DNA from: an uncultured Candidatus Saccharibacteria bacterium
GTDB taxonomy: Bacteria > Patescibacteriota > Minisyncoccia > CAIUEV01 > JAHKAQ01
Assembly (NCBI GenBank): GCA_964598205.1
Contig: CAZRBB010000004.1
Location: 71,156 to 135,155 of the forward strand
DNA: 64,000 bases
Reading direction: 5' to 3'
Shown piece by piece: positions 39,188 through 49,641 of this stretch; positions within the stretch are counted from its first letter, which is position 1, and each line of letters opens with the position of its first letter. The position numbers were made by a program, and so were the translations under genes. Below the pieces are notes generated by a model. That model was not told the DNA's origin. It did not search any database and saw only the letters and a program-made list of their open reading frames with translations.

Positions 39188-41464
39188 ATGTTTAATCGTC
39201 TATTTTTTTTAGGAGGGCTCTTGGTTTTTTCTTGGTTAGCTTTTCCTAGGGGTTGCTGGGCTTCCGGAACTATTTCTGGTGAGGTTTTTTGGGAGGGGAA
39301 AAAAGAAATAAGTGAAGAAATTTTGATTCAAAAAAATTCCAAATTGATTATTAAAAAGGGGACTTTGGTGGAATTTAAGAAGGGAGGCAGTATTATGGCT
39401 CAAGGAGATTTGGTGGTAGAAGGAGAAGCCGAAAGCCCCGTTGTTTTTTTTAGAGAAAAAGGGATTCCTGGGGAAGCTCGTTGGAGTTACTATTTTTATA
39501 TTGATACTTCTTCTCATTCAGTGTTAAATTACGCACTAATTAGGGAGGCAGGTGGTTATTTTGAAGGTGGTTCTAAAATGCCTGGGTTTAGAATCAAAGG
39601 TAATTTAGAAATTTATAATAGTTTAATCACCGATAATACTTGGGCATTAGAAGTATGGGGTGCTGGTCGGTTAAAAATTCGGGATTGCGATATTTATGGC
39701 AACAAGGCTACTTGGGGAATAGAAATGTTTGGAACTGCCGGCTTGGCCGATGTTTCTGGAAATTATTGGGGTGAAGATTCCGGTCCTTTTCATTCAACCT
39801 TAAACAAGGAAGGCAAGGGAGAGACAGTTAAAGGTGTCGGCTTGAATTTTTCGCCGTGGACCAAAAGAGGTCGGCATCCCGTTATTTTAATTCCTGGCTT
39901 AGGAGAGGCTTTTAGTTTTCAGAAATTTTTTGGGGAAACTGTTACGGATGATTGGTTTTTGGCACCAACTGATTCCGGAACGGCTTTTTTAGGGGACTTG
40001 TTTTTGGCTTCTGGTTACCAAGAAAATACCGACCTGTTTATTTATTTTTATGATTGGAGGAAAAGTCCAAAAGAAAATTCAACTGCGGATTTGGTAAATT
40101 TTATTAAAGAAGTAAAAAATAAAAAGGGATTTAAAGAAGTTGACTTGGTAGCCTTTAGTTTTGGGGGATTGGTGGGGAGATATTATTTAGAAAGCGACGA
40201 ATTTGGTTTTGATGTTAATAATTTTATTGCGTTTGGAACTCCTCATCAGGGATCTTCCAAGATCTATCCCTTTTTAGAAGGAGGAATCTTGCCGGCTAAT
40301 TGGCCGCCTCTTATTTATGCGTATCTTTGGTGGAATAAAGAGTCTTCTGGTAAGGAATACTTAGAATATATTCAAAAAGAATTTACCTCTCTTCCTGCTA
40401 TTTTGCCAACAACACCTTTTTTGCTAGATCAAGCAGACAATCACTCAGTAGAAATTAGCACAATGCAGCTAAAGAATGATTTTTTGCCTCCATTAAACGC
40501 ACCAGCGGCGATCAGAGCGTTAAAGAATCGCGCTACTGTCCATTTCTTTGCGGGAGAGGGCATTTCTACTGTAGGTTCAATTCCGGTCAATAGAACTGAT
40601 TGTGGAGTGGGTGGTTTCTGGGCCGACGGCATACCCAATCCTTTTAAAATAGTCGCCTTGGCCAATGGGGACGGTACGGTTACCAAAGAAAGTGCTTCTT
40701 TGGAAGGAAGCGGTATTGGCAGGACTTTTTTGAATGCTCGGCATGTTAATTTGCCCCTAGTGGCAGGAGAAAGTTTGGAAAATATTTTAGAAATTTCTTT
40801 TGATGCCGAAAAAAAATCACAAGGAATAATTAAAAGTGTTTTAGAAAAAGAGGTTTTGGTTTTGGCGGTGGGTTCTCCGGTGGAAATAGAAATTAAAAAT
40901 TTGGAAGGGAAAGTTCTTAAAAAGACAGAGCAAAATTTTTTGGGAGAATTTTTTAGCCAAGAAGATCCCAGCGGTAAAAAAATAATTTTTATCCCTTCTC
41001 CGGATTCGGAATATATTATTAATTTAAAAGGAGTAGGGTCAGGTGATTATGCGGTCCTGGCTTTTAAATATAATACAGAGAAAGAAGATCCGGTGAGTGG
41101 ACTGGAATTAAAAGGAAACACCTTTTTAGGTAAAGAGGAACAATTTTTCCTAACAAAAGAAGATACTCCCGCCAGTAATTCATTGGCCTTAAAAATAAAA
41201 GCAGTTCCTGGTCCAGCCTATAAAGAACTAGTTCAAGCAATCAACGATCTTTACCTTGAAGGAGGGATAAAAAGTTGGAAGACAAGGCAAGAAGCCTTGA
41301 GATTACTTTTAAAAAGTTATAACTTTCTTTTAGAAGAAAAGAAGGAAGAAAAAGCGGTGGCGTTAAAAGAATTTTCCCAAAAGGTCGTTTTTTTAAAAGA
41401 AGAAAATTCAATTAGTACTGCCGGTGCGGATGCTTTAATTCTAAAAATTAATCGTTTGGAATAA
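39188..41464 (+). CDS. Secreted protein: beta-helix-like N-terminus plus an alpha/beta hydrolase (lipase/acyltransferase-like) domain
   Basis: Signal peptide, NYWG..SGP, PVILIPG, YDWR, nucleophile elbow DLVAFSFGGL, GTPHQGS, GDGTV...S. Confidence 0.75.
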   Translation: MFNRLFFLGGLLVFSWLAFPRGCWASGTISGEVFWEGKKEISEEILIQKNSKLIIKKGTLVEFKKGGSIMAQGDLVVEGEAESPVVFFREKGIPGEARWSYYFYIDTSSHSVLNYALIREAGGYFEGGSKMPGFRIKGNLEIYNSLITDNTWALEVWGAGRLKIRDCDIYGNKATWGIEMFGTAGLADVSGNYWGEDSGPFHSTLNKEGKGETVKGVGLNFSPWTKRGRHPVILIPGLGEAFSFQKFFGETVTDDWFLAPTDSGTAFLGDLFLASGYQENTDLFIYFYDWRKSPKENSTADLVNFIKEVKNKKGFKEVDLVAFSFGGLVGRYYLESDEFGFDVNNFIAFGTPHQGSSKIYPFLEGGILPANWPPLIYAYLWWNKESSGKEYLEYIQKEFTSLPAILPTTPFLLDQADNHSVEISTMQLKNDFLPPLNAPAAIRALKNRATVHFFAGEGISTVGSIPVNRTDCGVGGFWADGIPNPFKIVALANGDGTVTKESASLEGSGIGRTFLNARHVNLPLVAGESLENILEISFDAEKKSQGIIKSVLEKEVLVLAVGSPVEIEIKNLEGKVLKKTEQNFLGEFFSQEDPSGKKIIFIPSPDSEYIINLKGVGSGDYAVLAFKYNTEKEDPVSGLELKGNTFLGKEEQFFLTKEDTPASNSLALKIKAVPGPAYKELVQAINDLYLEGGIKSWKTRQEALRLLLKSYNFLLEEKKEEKAVALKEFSQKVVFLKEENSISTAGADALILKINRLE

Positions 41465-41466
41465 AA

Positions 41467-42228
41467 ATGAAAACTGTTCTTTGCGGTGGCTGTTTCAACG
41501 AAATTCATTTGGGTCATGTCCACTTTCTAAAAGAATGCCGAAAAAAAGGAGACAAGCTAGTGGTTGTTTTGGCTAACGATTTTAATAATCAAAAAGAGCG
41601 GGCGCTTTTGGCAAAAGAAAGAAAAGAAAATTTACTGTCCTTGGGGTTAGTGGATACTGTTTTGGTCGGGACAAAGAGCAATCCAGAGCTAATAATTCAA
41701 AAAGTAAAACCGCAAATAATTTGCTTGGGCTATGATCAAAAACTTCCTTTTAATGGTAAAAATTTTCCGAATATTAAAGTAACAAGAATTTCCCAGCTAC
41801 CTTCTTATAAAAAAAGTTCTAATAAAGTAATTGGCCGAGTGTTTTCTGGGAAAAAAAGAGCTCAGAAATTTCTTAGCGAAAAAGAATATGCCAATCGTAT
41901 TCTAGCGGCGATTGGTTTTTTTGTTTTTCCAGGGACCCTTAATCTTGCTTTAGCACGGAATGGGGTAGATGATCTTTTGGTAGAAAAAAAGAAAAAAAAG
42001 ATTTTTAGTTTTTATAAAGACAAAGAAGAAAGAGGGGGATTAGTTTTGTATCCGGTGATGATTCGCTTTTTTCCTTTAGTTCCTTTAAAAACAAAAGAAA
42101 AAAAGGTTTGGGTAGTTTTTCCGGAAAAAACAGGTTACAATAAAACGGTATCGGAAGTAGTGAGTAAAATTAATTTAAGGGAGTTGTTAAATTTATTAGA
42201 CGGTGATTTGGCGGAGATCGTTTTTTAA
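41467..42228 (+). CDS. Fusion of RibL-like cytidylyltransferase-family (FAD synthase) domain and CTP-dependent riboflavin kinase domain
   Basis: N-half: GGCFNEIHLGHVHFL (HxGH) and ICLGYDQ. C-half: GRVFSG...Y...IGF..FPGTLN...E....NLRE.LNL.DGD. Confidence 0.7.
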   Translation: MKTVLCGGCFNEIHLGHVHFLKECRKKGDKLVVVLANDFNNQKERALLAKERKENLLSLGLVDTVLVGTKSNPELIIQKVKPQIICLGYDQKLPFNGKNFPNIKVTRISQLPSYKKSSNKVIGRVFSGKKRAQKFLSEKEYANRILAAIGFFVFPGTLNLALARNGVDDLLVEKKKKKIFSFYKDKEERGGLVLYPVMIRFFPLVPLKTKEKKVWVVFPEKTGYNKTVSEVVSKINLRELLNLLDGDLAEIVF

Positions 42229-42239
42229 TATTTTTTCCT

Positions 42240-44423
42240 ATGAAGCTTAAAAAAGCTTTCCTTTTTCTTTTGTTTTTTGCCGTTGTCCTTACTTTTCCTC
42301 TTTTATTTTCCTTGTTTTCTAAAATTCCAGGGGAATACGCTGACACTTATCAGGTTTGGGGAAAGACTTTGGAGTTTCGTAATCTAATTAAAGATCAGGG
42401 AATAGGAGGGACTATTTCTTGGCAGTTTAAGCATCTTCGCTTTACTCCAGTAGAAGCTATTGGCTGGTTTCAATGGGCGTTAACGCCATTTTTTGGTTAT
42501 AATTTAGTTTGGCTTTTTTCTTTTGTAGCGGCTGCCTGGGGGATGTTTCTTTTGGTGCGCTATTTAACTGGTAATGCATATTCGGGAATCATTGCAGCAA
42601 TTATTTTTGCTTTTTCCCCGTTTCATTTTTCCCAAGCTGTTTCCACCAATATTGGAACAATGCATTTGGAATGGATTCCATTTTTTGTTCTTTTCTTGAT
42701 TAAATTTTTAAGGCAACTTAGGATTAAGGATTTTTTACTGACTTCTCTTTTCTTGGTGCTAATCGCTTTTGCCGAACATCAGCTCTTGGCTTTTACCTTG
42801 GTCTTTACTATTTTGTTGGTGGTTTTTTTCTTAATCAAGAATCACCAAAAATTAAAAGAAGTCCGTTTCTGGGGATTTTTAGGAGGCGGGGCCTTGATTC
42901 TTTTTTTGGCAGTGAAACTTATTTTTGGTGGCTTACTAACGGTTACCGAATCGAGTGATAATTATTTGGATCCTGGTTCTGATCAGGTACGGCGCTATTC
43001 TTCGGATGCGATTGATTTCTTTTTGCCGTCTAGAGCGCATCCTTTTTGGGGCGAAAAGTTTAATTATTTAAGAAAAGACACCGAGGCCAATAGTCTTGGC
43101 AGGCAGTCGGTTTATATTGGTTATGCGGTTCTTTTTTTGGCTCTGGTTTCTGTTTTGGGAGGAAAAAAGAGATTGGCAATAAGACTATTCTTCTTTTTTT
43201 CGGGAATATTTTTTTCCGTACTGGCTCTTGGTCCTTTGTTCCATTGGCAGGGAGCAATTTATAAAGATTTTAAACTTCCCTATGCTTTTCTTTATGACCA
43301 TTTACCTTACTGGTACATTATCCGAACGGTCAATCGAATCTTTGTAATAGCTATTTTTAGTTTTGCTGTTTCGGCTGGTTTTGGTTTGAGTTTTATTTTA
43401 AACAAACTGGTTAACAAAAAAGAAGAATCCCAAAAAGATTTAGGAGAAGGCTTAGATAGAAGTATCCCCCCATCTTCTTTTAAGAAAAAAAGGCTGATCT
43501 TTTTATTATTTTTAGGTCTGGTTGTATTAGAATACTTGTTTGCTCCATTGCCAATGCTTTCTTTGGCGCACAGTTCTTTTTATGAACAAATGGCCAAAGA
43601 AAAAGAAGCGTATTCTGTCCTAGATATTCCTGGAGCCACTAGCTACGATTATGGTTCTAGACTAATGTTCTATAATCAAATTCACCGAAAGAACAATTTG
43701 GCCCAAATGGATTTTGCCAGGGAAATAGAGGACCATTGGGATTTTCAAAAAAATACGCCGATAATCAATGATCTTTTATATAGTCTACCTACTGGTGGCA
43801 CGCCTCCTACCAAAGAAGTCATTAACGACGACTATTACAGCTTGGCCACCAAGATCCTAAACCATCACAACATAAAGTATTTAATAGTTTCCAAGGGTTA
43901 TTTGTCGGACGATAAAAAATTCGATGGTCAGGCCTTTGAAAACACGATTGATTTTATAGAAGGTCAAATCAGTACAGAGAAAGTTTACGAAGACGAGTTT
44001 TTGGTGGCGTATCGAGTGGAAAAGAGCGAGCACCTTGACGGTTGGTTTTTGGCGCTTTCCTTAAAGGGCGATAAATGGGGGAAAAAAGAAGGAATCAAAG
44101 GTTCTACTGCTCGTTGGGCTAGTGACGGAGCAGAAATGCGTTTAGTAAACATGGACAGTGTTAAAAAAGATATTCGACTTTCTTTTACATTGAATGTGAA
44201 AAATCTAAACAAAGTAGAGATTTATCTTAATGGGGTACTTCAAGCCGATTTTTCTATTAAGGAAGAAAAGGAAAATCGAGTCATTTCTTTAAAAGAGGTT
44301 TTGCCGGGAGAGAATATAATTTTATTTAGAATTTTTGACATGGAAGGAAATCCCATGAAGGACCTAGAGTTTAAAAAGGGGGTTAAATTTTCTAACTTTA
44401 GAACGCTAACGCCTATTAGGTAA
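42240..44423 (+). CDS. Polytopic membrane protein, probable GT-C glycosyltransferase
   Basis: Many TM helices, AAIIFAFSPFHF, YIGY, R...R loop, and a C-terminal soluble domain. Confidence 0.6.
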   Translation: MKLKKAFLFLLFFAVVLTFPLLFSLFSKIPGEYADTYQVWGKTLEFRNLIKDQGIGGTISWQFKHLRFTPVEAIGWFQWALTPFFGYNLVWLFSFVAAAWGMFLLVRYLTGNAYSGIIAAIIFAFSPFHFSQAVSTNIGTMHLEWIPFFVLFLIKFLRQLRIKDFLLTSLFLVLIAFAEHQLLAFTLVFTILLVVFFLIKNHQKLKEVRFWGFLGGGALILFLAVKLIFGGLLTVTESSDNYLDPGSDQVRRYSSDAIDFFLPSRAHPFWGEKFNYLRKDTEANSLGRQSVYIGYAVLFLALVSVLGGKKRLAIRLFFFFSGIFFSVLALGPLFHWQGAIYKDFKLPYAFLYDHLPYWYIIRTVNRIFVIAIFSFAVSAGFGLSFILNKLVNKKEESQKDLGEGLDRSIPPSSFKKKRLIFLLFLGLVVLEYLFAPLPMLSLAHSSFYEQMAKEKEAYSVLDIPGATSYDYGSRLMFYNQIHRKNNLAQMDFAREIEDHWDFQKNTPIINDLLYSLPTGGTPPTKEVINDDYYSLATKILNHHNIKYLIVSKGYLSDDKKFDGQAFENTIDFIEGQISTEKVYEDEFLVAYRVEKSEHLDGWFLALSLKGDKWGKKEGIKGSTARWASDGAEMRLVNMDSVKKDIRLSFTLNVKNLNKVEIYLNGVLQADFSIKEEKENRVISLKEVLPGENIILFRIFDMEGNPMKDLEFKKGVKFSNFRTLTPIR

Positions 44424-44430
44424 ATTGAAG

Positions 44431-46269
44431 ATGAATTTTTTTAACAAGAAGAATTTGGGAAAGTTGGCACCACTCTTTTTGATTATTATTTTAGGAGTTT
44501 TTTTAAGGCTGTATCGTCACGCTGATTTTCTTCATTTTGAGTTGGATCAGGCGCGGGACTCTATAATTATAAGCGATGCTTATTTGCATGGTCCCGGAGA
44601 GTTACCGCTTTTAGGTCCACGGGCGGCAGGAACTATGCTCCGATTGGGACCTTTATTTTATTACTTGGAATATTTAAGCTCTCTTTTGTTTGGCAATTCT
44701 CCTTCGGGAATGGACGGCATCTTTGTTTTATTTTCTATTTTAGCTATTCCGGCCTGCTATCTTTTTTTGGGGAACTATTTTTCTTCTCGGATTTCTCTTT
44801 TTACTACTGCAATATTTTCGGTTTCTCTTTTTTTAGTAACCTACGGAAAATTTGCTTGGAATCCGAATTCTCTTGCCTTGTTTGGTTTTATTTTTTTAGG
44901 TGGTTTATTGCTTTCTTTTAAAAAAACAAAATCACCTACTTATCTTTATCTTCTTGCTTTAGGGTTTAGTTTTGGAATTCAACTTCATTTTTTAGTTTTC
45001 TTGGCTTATCCAGCGGTGGTTTTTTTGTTTCTTCTTTGGAAATTTTTTAGTCAGAGAAGTAAAGCCAAAGAGGTGTTTAAAAAATTTGTTACCAATAAGC
45101 ATTTTTGGGGGGCTTTGGCGCTAGTGGTTTTTTTGAACTTTCCGGTAATAATCAACGAGTTTTTAACTGGTGGTGCTAATTTAAAAGAATTGGTAAGCGC
45201 TGTTGGAGAGAAAACTTCTAGAGGAGAGGATCGTGGTTTTGGAGAAAAATTGGTTCGTAATTTACAGGAATATGCTAACGGTTACTTGTTGATTATTAGT
45301 GGCTCAGAAAAAATGCGGTCGGTGGGAATTGAATTTTTTCCTACTGGTTCTTCTAAAATAATGAAGTCTACCTGCAAAGAAGATTGTCGATTGGGCTTAC
45401 CTTACTTATTTTTTGGGTTGATTTTCTTTTTAGGTGGGATTTGGCTTCTTTTTAGTGAATTTATTTCTCTTTTAAAATCTAAGGACCAGAAAGATTTTTT
45501 TAGGAAAGATTTCTTAATTTTGAATTTCATTCTTTTATTTGTTCTCTTCTTTGGATTTTTGTCGGCGGCTTTTAATTTTCCGCCACGGTTTCTTTTGGCT
45601 AGCTTACCTACTGTTTTTGTTTTTTTGGCTCTTTGGTTTAAGTTTTTAGCCAAAGCTGGAGAAAAATTGGCTGGTTTTGATTTTTTTAAAAAAATCAAAA
45701 CGATTTTAGTCTTTTTATTGCCGTTCCTTTTGGTGAGCCTTCTTTTCTTAACGAACATTTATTTTAATATTCAAAGATTAAAAGAGCAGGCCAGTGCGCA
45801 TACCAAAAACTCGCCACCATTAGAACGAGACCTAGTTTTAAAAGAAGATTTTCGGTTTACTTTTTTGCAACAAAGATTAATTACTGATTGGATAGTGTCC
45901 CAATCCTCTTACAAAACAGTATTTGTTTCTGCTCCTTCTAAATATTACCGCTCATTGACCTATCTTCTAACATATCAAAAAGAGAAAGATGGACGATCGT
46001 TGGGGTCCAAGCCTCCTTGTTTAGAAGCGGATTTTTTTGTGGTGATGGCGTTGTCTAATTCTTCCTTAGATTTTTTAAAAAAAGGCGAGGACTCTTTTAT
46101 TGTCTCTCAAGAAAAGCAGTTTGGTACTTTTATGGTTTATAAGTTGGCAATAAAAAATCCTAAATTAATAAAGAAAACTCAGTGTGTTTTTAAAAAAGAA
46201 GCCCCAGATTCCAAGGCCGTTCGCTATTTGTGGAAAGAGGTAATTCCTGAATCAAAGAAGAGATTTTAG
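44431..46269 (+). CDS. ArnT/PMT-family (GT-C) glycosyltransferase
   Basis: LRLY...F..DQARD...PLLGP...LGPLFYYL, AWNPN, multiple TMs. Confidence 0.75.
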   Translation: MNFFNKKNLGKLAPLFLIIILGVFLRLYRHADFLHFELDQARDSIIISDAYLHGPGELPLLGPRAAGTMLRLGPLFYYLEYLSSLLFGNSPSGMDGIFVLFSILAIPACYLFLGNYFSSRISLFTTAIFSVSLFLVTYGKFAWNPNSLALFGFIFLGGLLLSFKKTKSPTYLYLLALGFSFGIQLHFLVFLAYPAVVFLFLLWKFFSQRSKAKEVFKKFVTNKHFWGALALVVFLNFPVIINEFLTGGANLKELVSAVGEKTSRGEDRGFGEKLVRNLQEYANGYLLIISGSEKMRSVGIEFFPTGSSKIMKSTCKEDCRLGLPYLFFGLIFFLGGIWLLFSEFISLLKSKDQKDFFRKDFLILNFILLFVLFFGFLSAAFNFPPRFLLASLPTVFVFLALWFKFLAKAGEKLAGFDFFKKIKTILVFLLPFLLVSLLFLTNIYFNIQRLKEQASAHTKNSPPLERDLVLKEDFRFTFLQQRLITDWIVSQSSYKTVFVSAPSKYYRSLTYLLTYQKEKDGRSLGSKPPCLEADFFVVMALSNSSLDFLKKGEDSFIVSQEKQFGTFMVYKLAIKNPKLIKKTQCVFKKEAPDSKAVRYLWKEVIPESKKRF

Positions 46270-46394
46270 TTTTGCCTGTTTCTCTTTTTTCTTGTAGCTT
46301 AAAGAGGTGCTTCTCTGTTGCTTGCTTGCTCGGTTTTGCTTTGAACTGTCCTTTGGCATATAAGTAAGATTGATAAATTTTTAATTAAAAAAAA

Positions 46395-47333
46395 ATGAAG
46401 GCTAAACAAATTTTTGACTTGGCAATTAAGGAAGGAGTTAAAAATGATTTTCGAGATCAAGAAACAATTAATGAACATCTTAAAAAAGCTAAGGAACAAT
46501 TTGGTAAGTTGTCGGCTAAAAGAAAATCTTTTTTTGATCAAGAGAGAATCATCAATCCTTATTCAGACACGCGGATTCATTTTGATTCCGGCAAAAAAGA
46601 AATTAAAAAAGTTTTGGTGGGAATAGACATTACTACCGGTGAAATTCTAATGGCTAAGGAACTGGGAGTGGACTTGGTGATTGGGCATCATCCTTCCGGA
46701 AGTGCACTACAGGGATTAGACGACGCAATGAAGTTGCAAGCCGATGTTTTAGAAATCTATGGAATACCGATTAATGTGGCAGAAGGTTGTTTAAGAAAAA
46801 GAATTTCGGAAGTGGCTCGGGGAATTCACGCTTCTAATTCTTTTATTACCGTAGATGCTGCCAAGAACATGGGAATGAGTTTTATGAACATTCACACACC
46901 AGCGGACAACGCTGTTTCCATGTTTGTTAAAAAAGAAATAGAAAAGAAAGAGCCACGATTCGTTTCGGAAATTTTAGATTTACTTTACGAAATTCCGGAA
47001 TACCAAGAGGCTACTCGTCGGGGATCGGCTCCCACTCTTTATGCTGGATCGCCAGAAAATCGCGCCGGCAAGATTGCGGTTACAGAAATGACCGGTGGCA
47101 CCGAAGGTGCTCCAGAAATTTACCAAAAAATGGCAGCAGCTGGGATCGGTACGGTAATTGCTATGCATCAATCAGAAAAGCATCGAACGGCCGCAGAGAA
47201 GGCACATATTAATGTAGTGGTGGCTCCGCATATTGCTTCTGATTCTTTAGGAATGAATTTGGTTTTGTCTAATATTTTAGAAAAGGGAATTAAGATTATT
47301 CCTGCAGGGGGATTTATTTGGGTAAAAAGATAA
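46395..47333 (+). CDS. NIF3 (NGG1p-interacting factor 3)-like protein
   Basis: KKVLVGID, IGHHP, HTPADN, H.ASDSLGMN. Confidence 0.85.
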   Translation: MKAKQIFDLAIKEGVKNDFRDQETINEHLKKAKEQFGKLSAKRKSFFDQERIINPYSDTRIHFDSGKKEIKKVLVGIDITTGEILMAKELGVDLVIGHHPSGSALQGLDDAMKLQADVLEIYGIPINVAEGCLRKRISEVARGIHASNSFITVDAAKNMGMSFMNIHTPADNAVSMFVKKEIEKKEPRFVSEILDLLYEIPEYQEATRRGSAPTLYAGSPENRAGKIAVTEMTGGTEGAPEIYQKMAAAGIGTVIAMHQSEKHRTAAEKAHINVVVAPHIASDSLGMNLVLSNILEKGIKIIPAGGFIWVKR

Positions 47334-47336
47334 TCA

Positions 47337-48605
47337 ATGCACCAAAAGAAAAAATTAAGTTCAGGCGCTGTTCTTTTGCTTTTGCCGGTAGCTGGCATTA
47401 AGACAACAACTGTAATGGCTCTTTTTGGCGCCGGTTCAAGAGAAGAAAAAAAAGAAAATCAAGGCGTGGCTCATTTTTTAGAGCACATGCTTTTTAAAGG
47501 AACCTCCAAGAGACCAACATACAAAGAGGTTTCCGAAGAATTAGATAAAATCGGAGGAATTTGTAACGCTTTTACCAGTAAGGAATATTCTGGGTATTAT
47601 GCCAAAACGGCTTGTCTTCATTTTGACTTAGCTTTGGACTGGCTTTCCGATATTATTGGTGATTCTTTTCTGGCAGCAGAAGAAATAGAAAAAGAAAAGG
47701 GTGTAATTGTTGAAGAATTGAATCTAGGAGAAGATACGCCTACTCAAAATATTCACGATGTTTTTGAGGCCTTGATTTTTAATGGCGGGTCTTTGGCTAA
47801 AGAAATAATTGGAACTAAGGAAACTATTAGAAAGATGAATCGCCAAAAACTTTTTTCTTTTAGGGAAAAAAACTATCAGGCAAAGAATTGTGTAATTTGT
47901 GTTGCCGGAAAGATTCCTGCTGGTGTAGTTTCTAAGGTAGACCAAGCTTTTTCTTTTTTAAAAAAGAAAAAATCAATCATTCGACCATTAGAAAAAGAAG
48001 ATCAAAAAGAACCAAGACTGATTATTAAGAATAAAAAAACCGATCAAGCTCATCTTGTGGTGGGCTTTAGAACTTCTGGATTAAAAACTAAGGAGCGCTA
48101 CGCACTATGCCTAGCAGAAACTGTTTTAGGAGAGGGAATGAGCTCGCGGCTTTTTGAAGAAGTAAGAGAAAAGCGGGGGCTGGCTTATTATATTGGTGCT
48201 GCTTCGGAAAACTATACAGATGCTGGTTATATAGGAGCAATGGCAGGGGTGGAAAATAAAAAACTAGAAGAAGCGTTAAGAGTAATTTTGGCTGAATTTA
48301 AAAAGCTAAAAGAAACTTTAATTCCAAACGAAGAATTAAAGAAAGCTAAAGAATGTACTAAAGGACACAGTCTAATTTCCTTGGAATCTTCTAATTCTCG
48401 GGCTTTTTATTTCGGTATTTCTCAAATTCTTTTGGGAAAAGTGGAAACACTAGAAGAAAGATTCCGACTTTACAATAAAGTTACTCCCCAAGAAATAAAA
48501 GCGGCGGCACGGAAGTTCTTTACTCCTAATCGACTTAATTTTGCGCTAATTAGTCCTATGGCTAGTCGATCAAGGTTAGAAAAAATTATAAAAGAATTTA
48601 ACTAA
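47337..48605 (+). CDS. M16 (pitrilysin-like) zinc peptidase
   Basis: G.AHFLEHMLFKG, NAFTS.E, SSRLF.EVREKRGLAY. Confidence 0.95.
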   Translation: MHQKKKLSSGAVLLLLPVAGIKTTTVMALFGAGSREEKKENQGVAHFLEHMLFKGTSKRPTYKEVSEELDKIGGICNAFTSKEYSGYYAKTACLHFDLALDWLSDIIGDSFLAAEEIEKEKGVIVEELNLGEDTPTQNIHDVFEALIFNGGSLAKEIIGTKETIRKMNRQKLFSFREKNYQAKNCVICVAGKIPAGVVSKVDQAFSFLKKKKSIIRPLEKEDQKEPRLIIKNKKTDQAHLVVGFRTSGLKTKERYALCLAETVLGEGMSSRLFEEVREKRGLAYYIGAASENYTDAGYIGAMAGVENKKLEEALRVILAEFKKLKETLIPNEELKKAKECTKGHSLISLESSNSRAFYFGISQILLGKVETLEERFRLYNKVTPQEIKAAARKFFTPNRLNFALISPMASRSRLEKIIKEFN

Positions 48606-48609
48606 AAAA

Positions 48610-49641
48610 ATGCGGCGCGAAGCGGTTAATATTTCTACCAGCACAATTGTTAGAATGATTCTGATTATTTTGGCTTTTCTTTTTATTTATTACATTATAG
48701 ATATTCTTTTTTTGGTTTTTATTGCTTTTGTGATTGTTTCGGCAGTAGCTCCATTGGTAGACAGATTAGAAAAATTTAAAATTCCACGATTTTTGGCAGC
48801 GGCTTTAATTTTTGTTTCTTTCTTTTTCTTGTTTGGATTTTTTCTTTCTTTAATTATTCCTCCGGTAGCCAGAGAAGCTGGACAGCTTTTAGAGCAACTA
48901 CCTAGTTATTGGGGAAAACTTTCTCGGAGTAGCTGGGGAAGCGTTTGGCTGGGCGGAGGGCCTGGAGAAAGTAATCCTTTTGGAAATTTAAAACAGTTTT
49001 TGGGTAGTAATTTTTCGGGTGTCTTTTTTTCCAAAGCGGGATCTTTTGTGATTCGAGTGGTTTATTCGGCGGTGGTTTTTTCTTTGGCTTTTTATATGAC
49101 TATTCAAAAAAACGCTATCAAGAAACTAATAGAGACAATGGCTCCAAAAGAGTATCACGAATATATCAATTCTCTTTTAATACGAATTCAAGAAAAAATG
49201 GGGCGTTGGCTTTCTGGGCAAATTCTTTTGAATTTCTTGATTGGCGGATTGGTTTATTTGGCTCTTTCTTTGCTTCATATTCCTTATGCTCCGGTTTTGG
49301 CTTTGGCGGCTGGGCTTTTGGAATTTATTCCTAATATTGGCCCCACTCTGTCTACGGTATTTGCCTCTCTAGTTGCTCTAACGGTTAGTCCGGTAATGGC
49401 CGTTCTGACGATTTTAGCGTTTGTAGCAATTCAACAGTTAGAAAATCATTTAATTGTTCCTTTGGTAATGAAAAAAGCGGTAGGGTTGAATCCAGTAGTA
49501 ATTATTCTTTCCCTGTTAATCGGTGTTCGCTTAGGTGGTCCTTTGGGGGCGATTATGGCTGTTCCTTTTGCCACGGCGCTTTCTGTTTTCTTGGGAGACC
49601 TTTTTTCCGAAGATAAAACGAATAAAAAAGAAAAAGAATGA
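48610..49641 (+). CDS. AI-2E family transporter
   Basis: EFIPNIGP, QQLENHLIVPLVM...VGLNP, multiple TMs. Confidence 0.92.
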   Translation: MRREAVNISTSTIVRMILIILAFLFIYYIIDILFLVFIAFVIVSAVAPLVDRLEKFKIPRFLAAALIFVSFFFLFGFFLSLIIPPVAREAGQLLEQLPSYWGKLSRSSWGSVWLGGGPGESNPFGNLKQFLGSNFSGVFFSKAGSFVIRVVYSAVVFSLAFYMTIQKNAIKKLIETMAPKEYHEYINSLLIRIQEKMGRWLSGQILLNFLIGGLVYLALSLLHIPYAPVLALAAGLLEFIPNIGPTLSTVFASLVALTVSPVMAVLTILAFVAIQQLENHLIVPLVMKKAVGLNPVVIILSLLIGVRLGGPLGAIMAVPFATALSVFLGDLFSEDKTNKKEKE

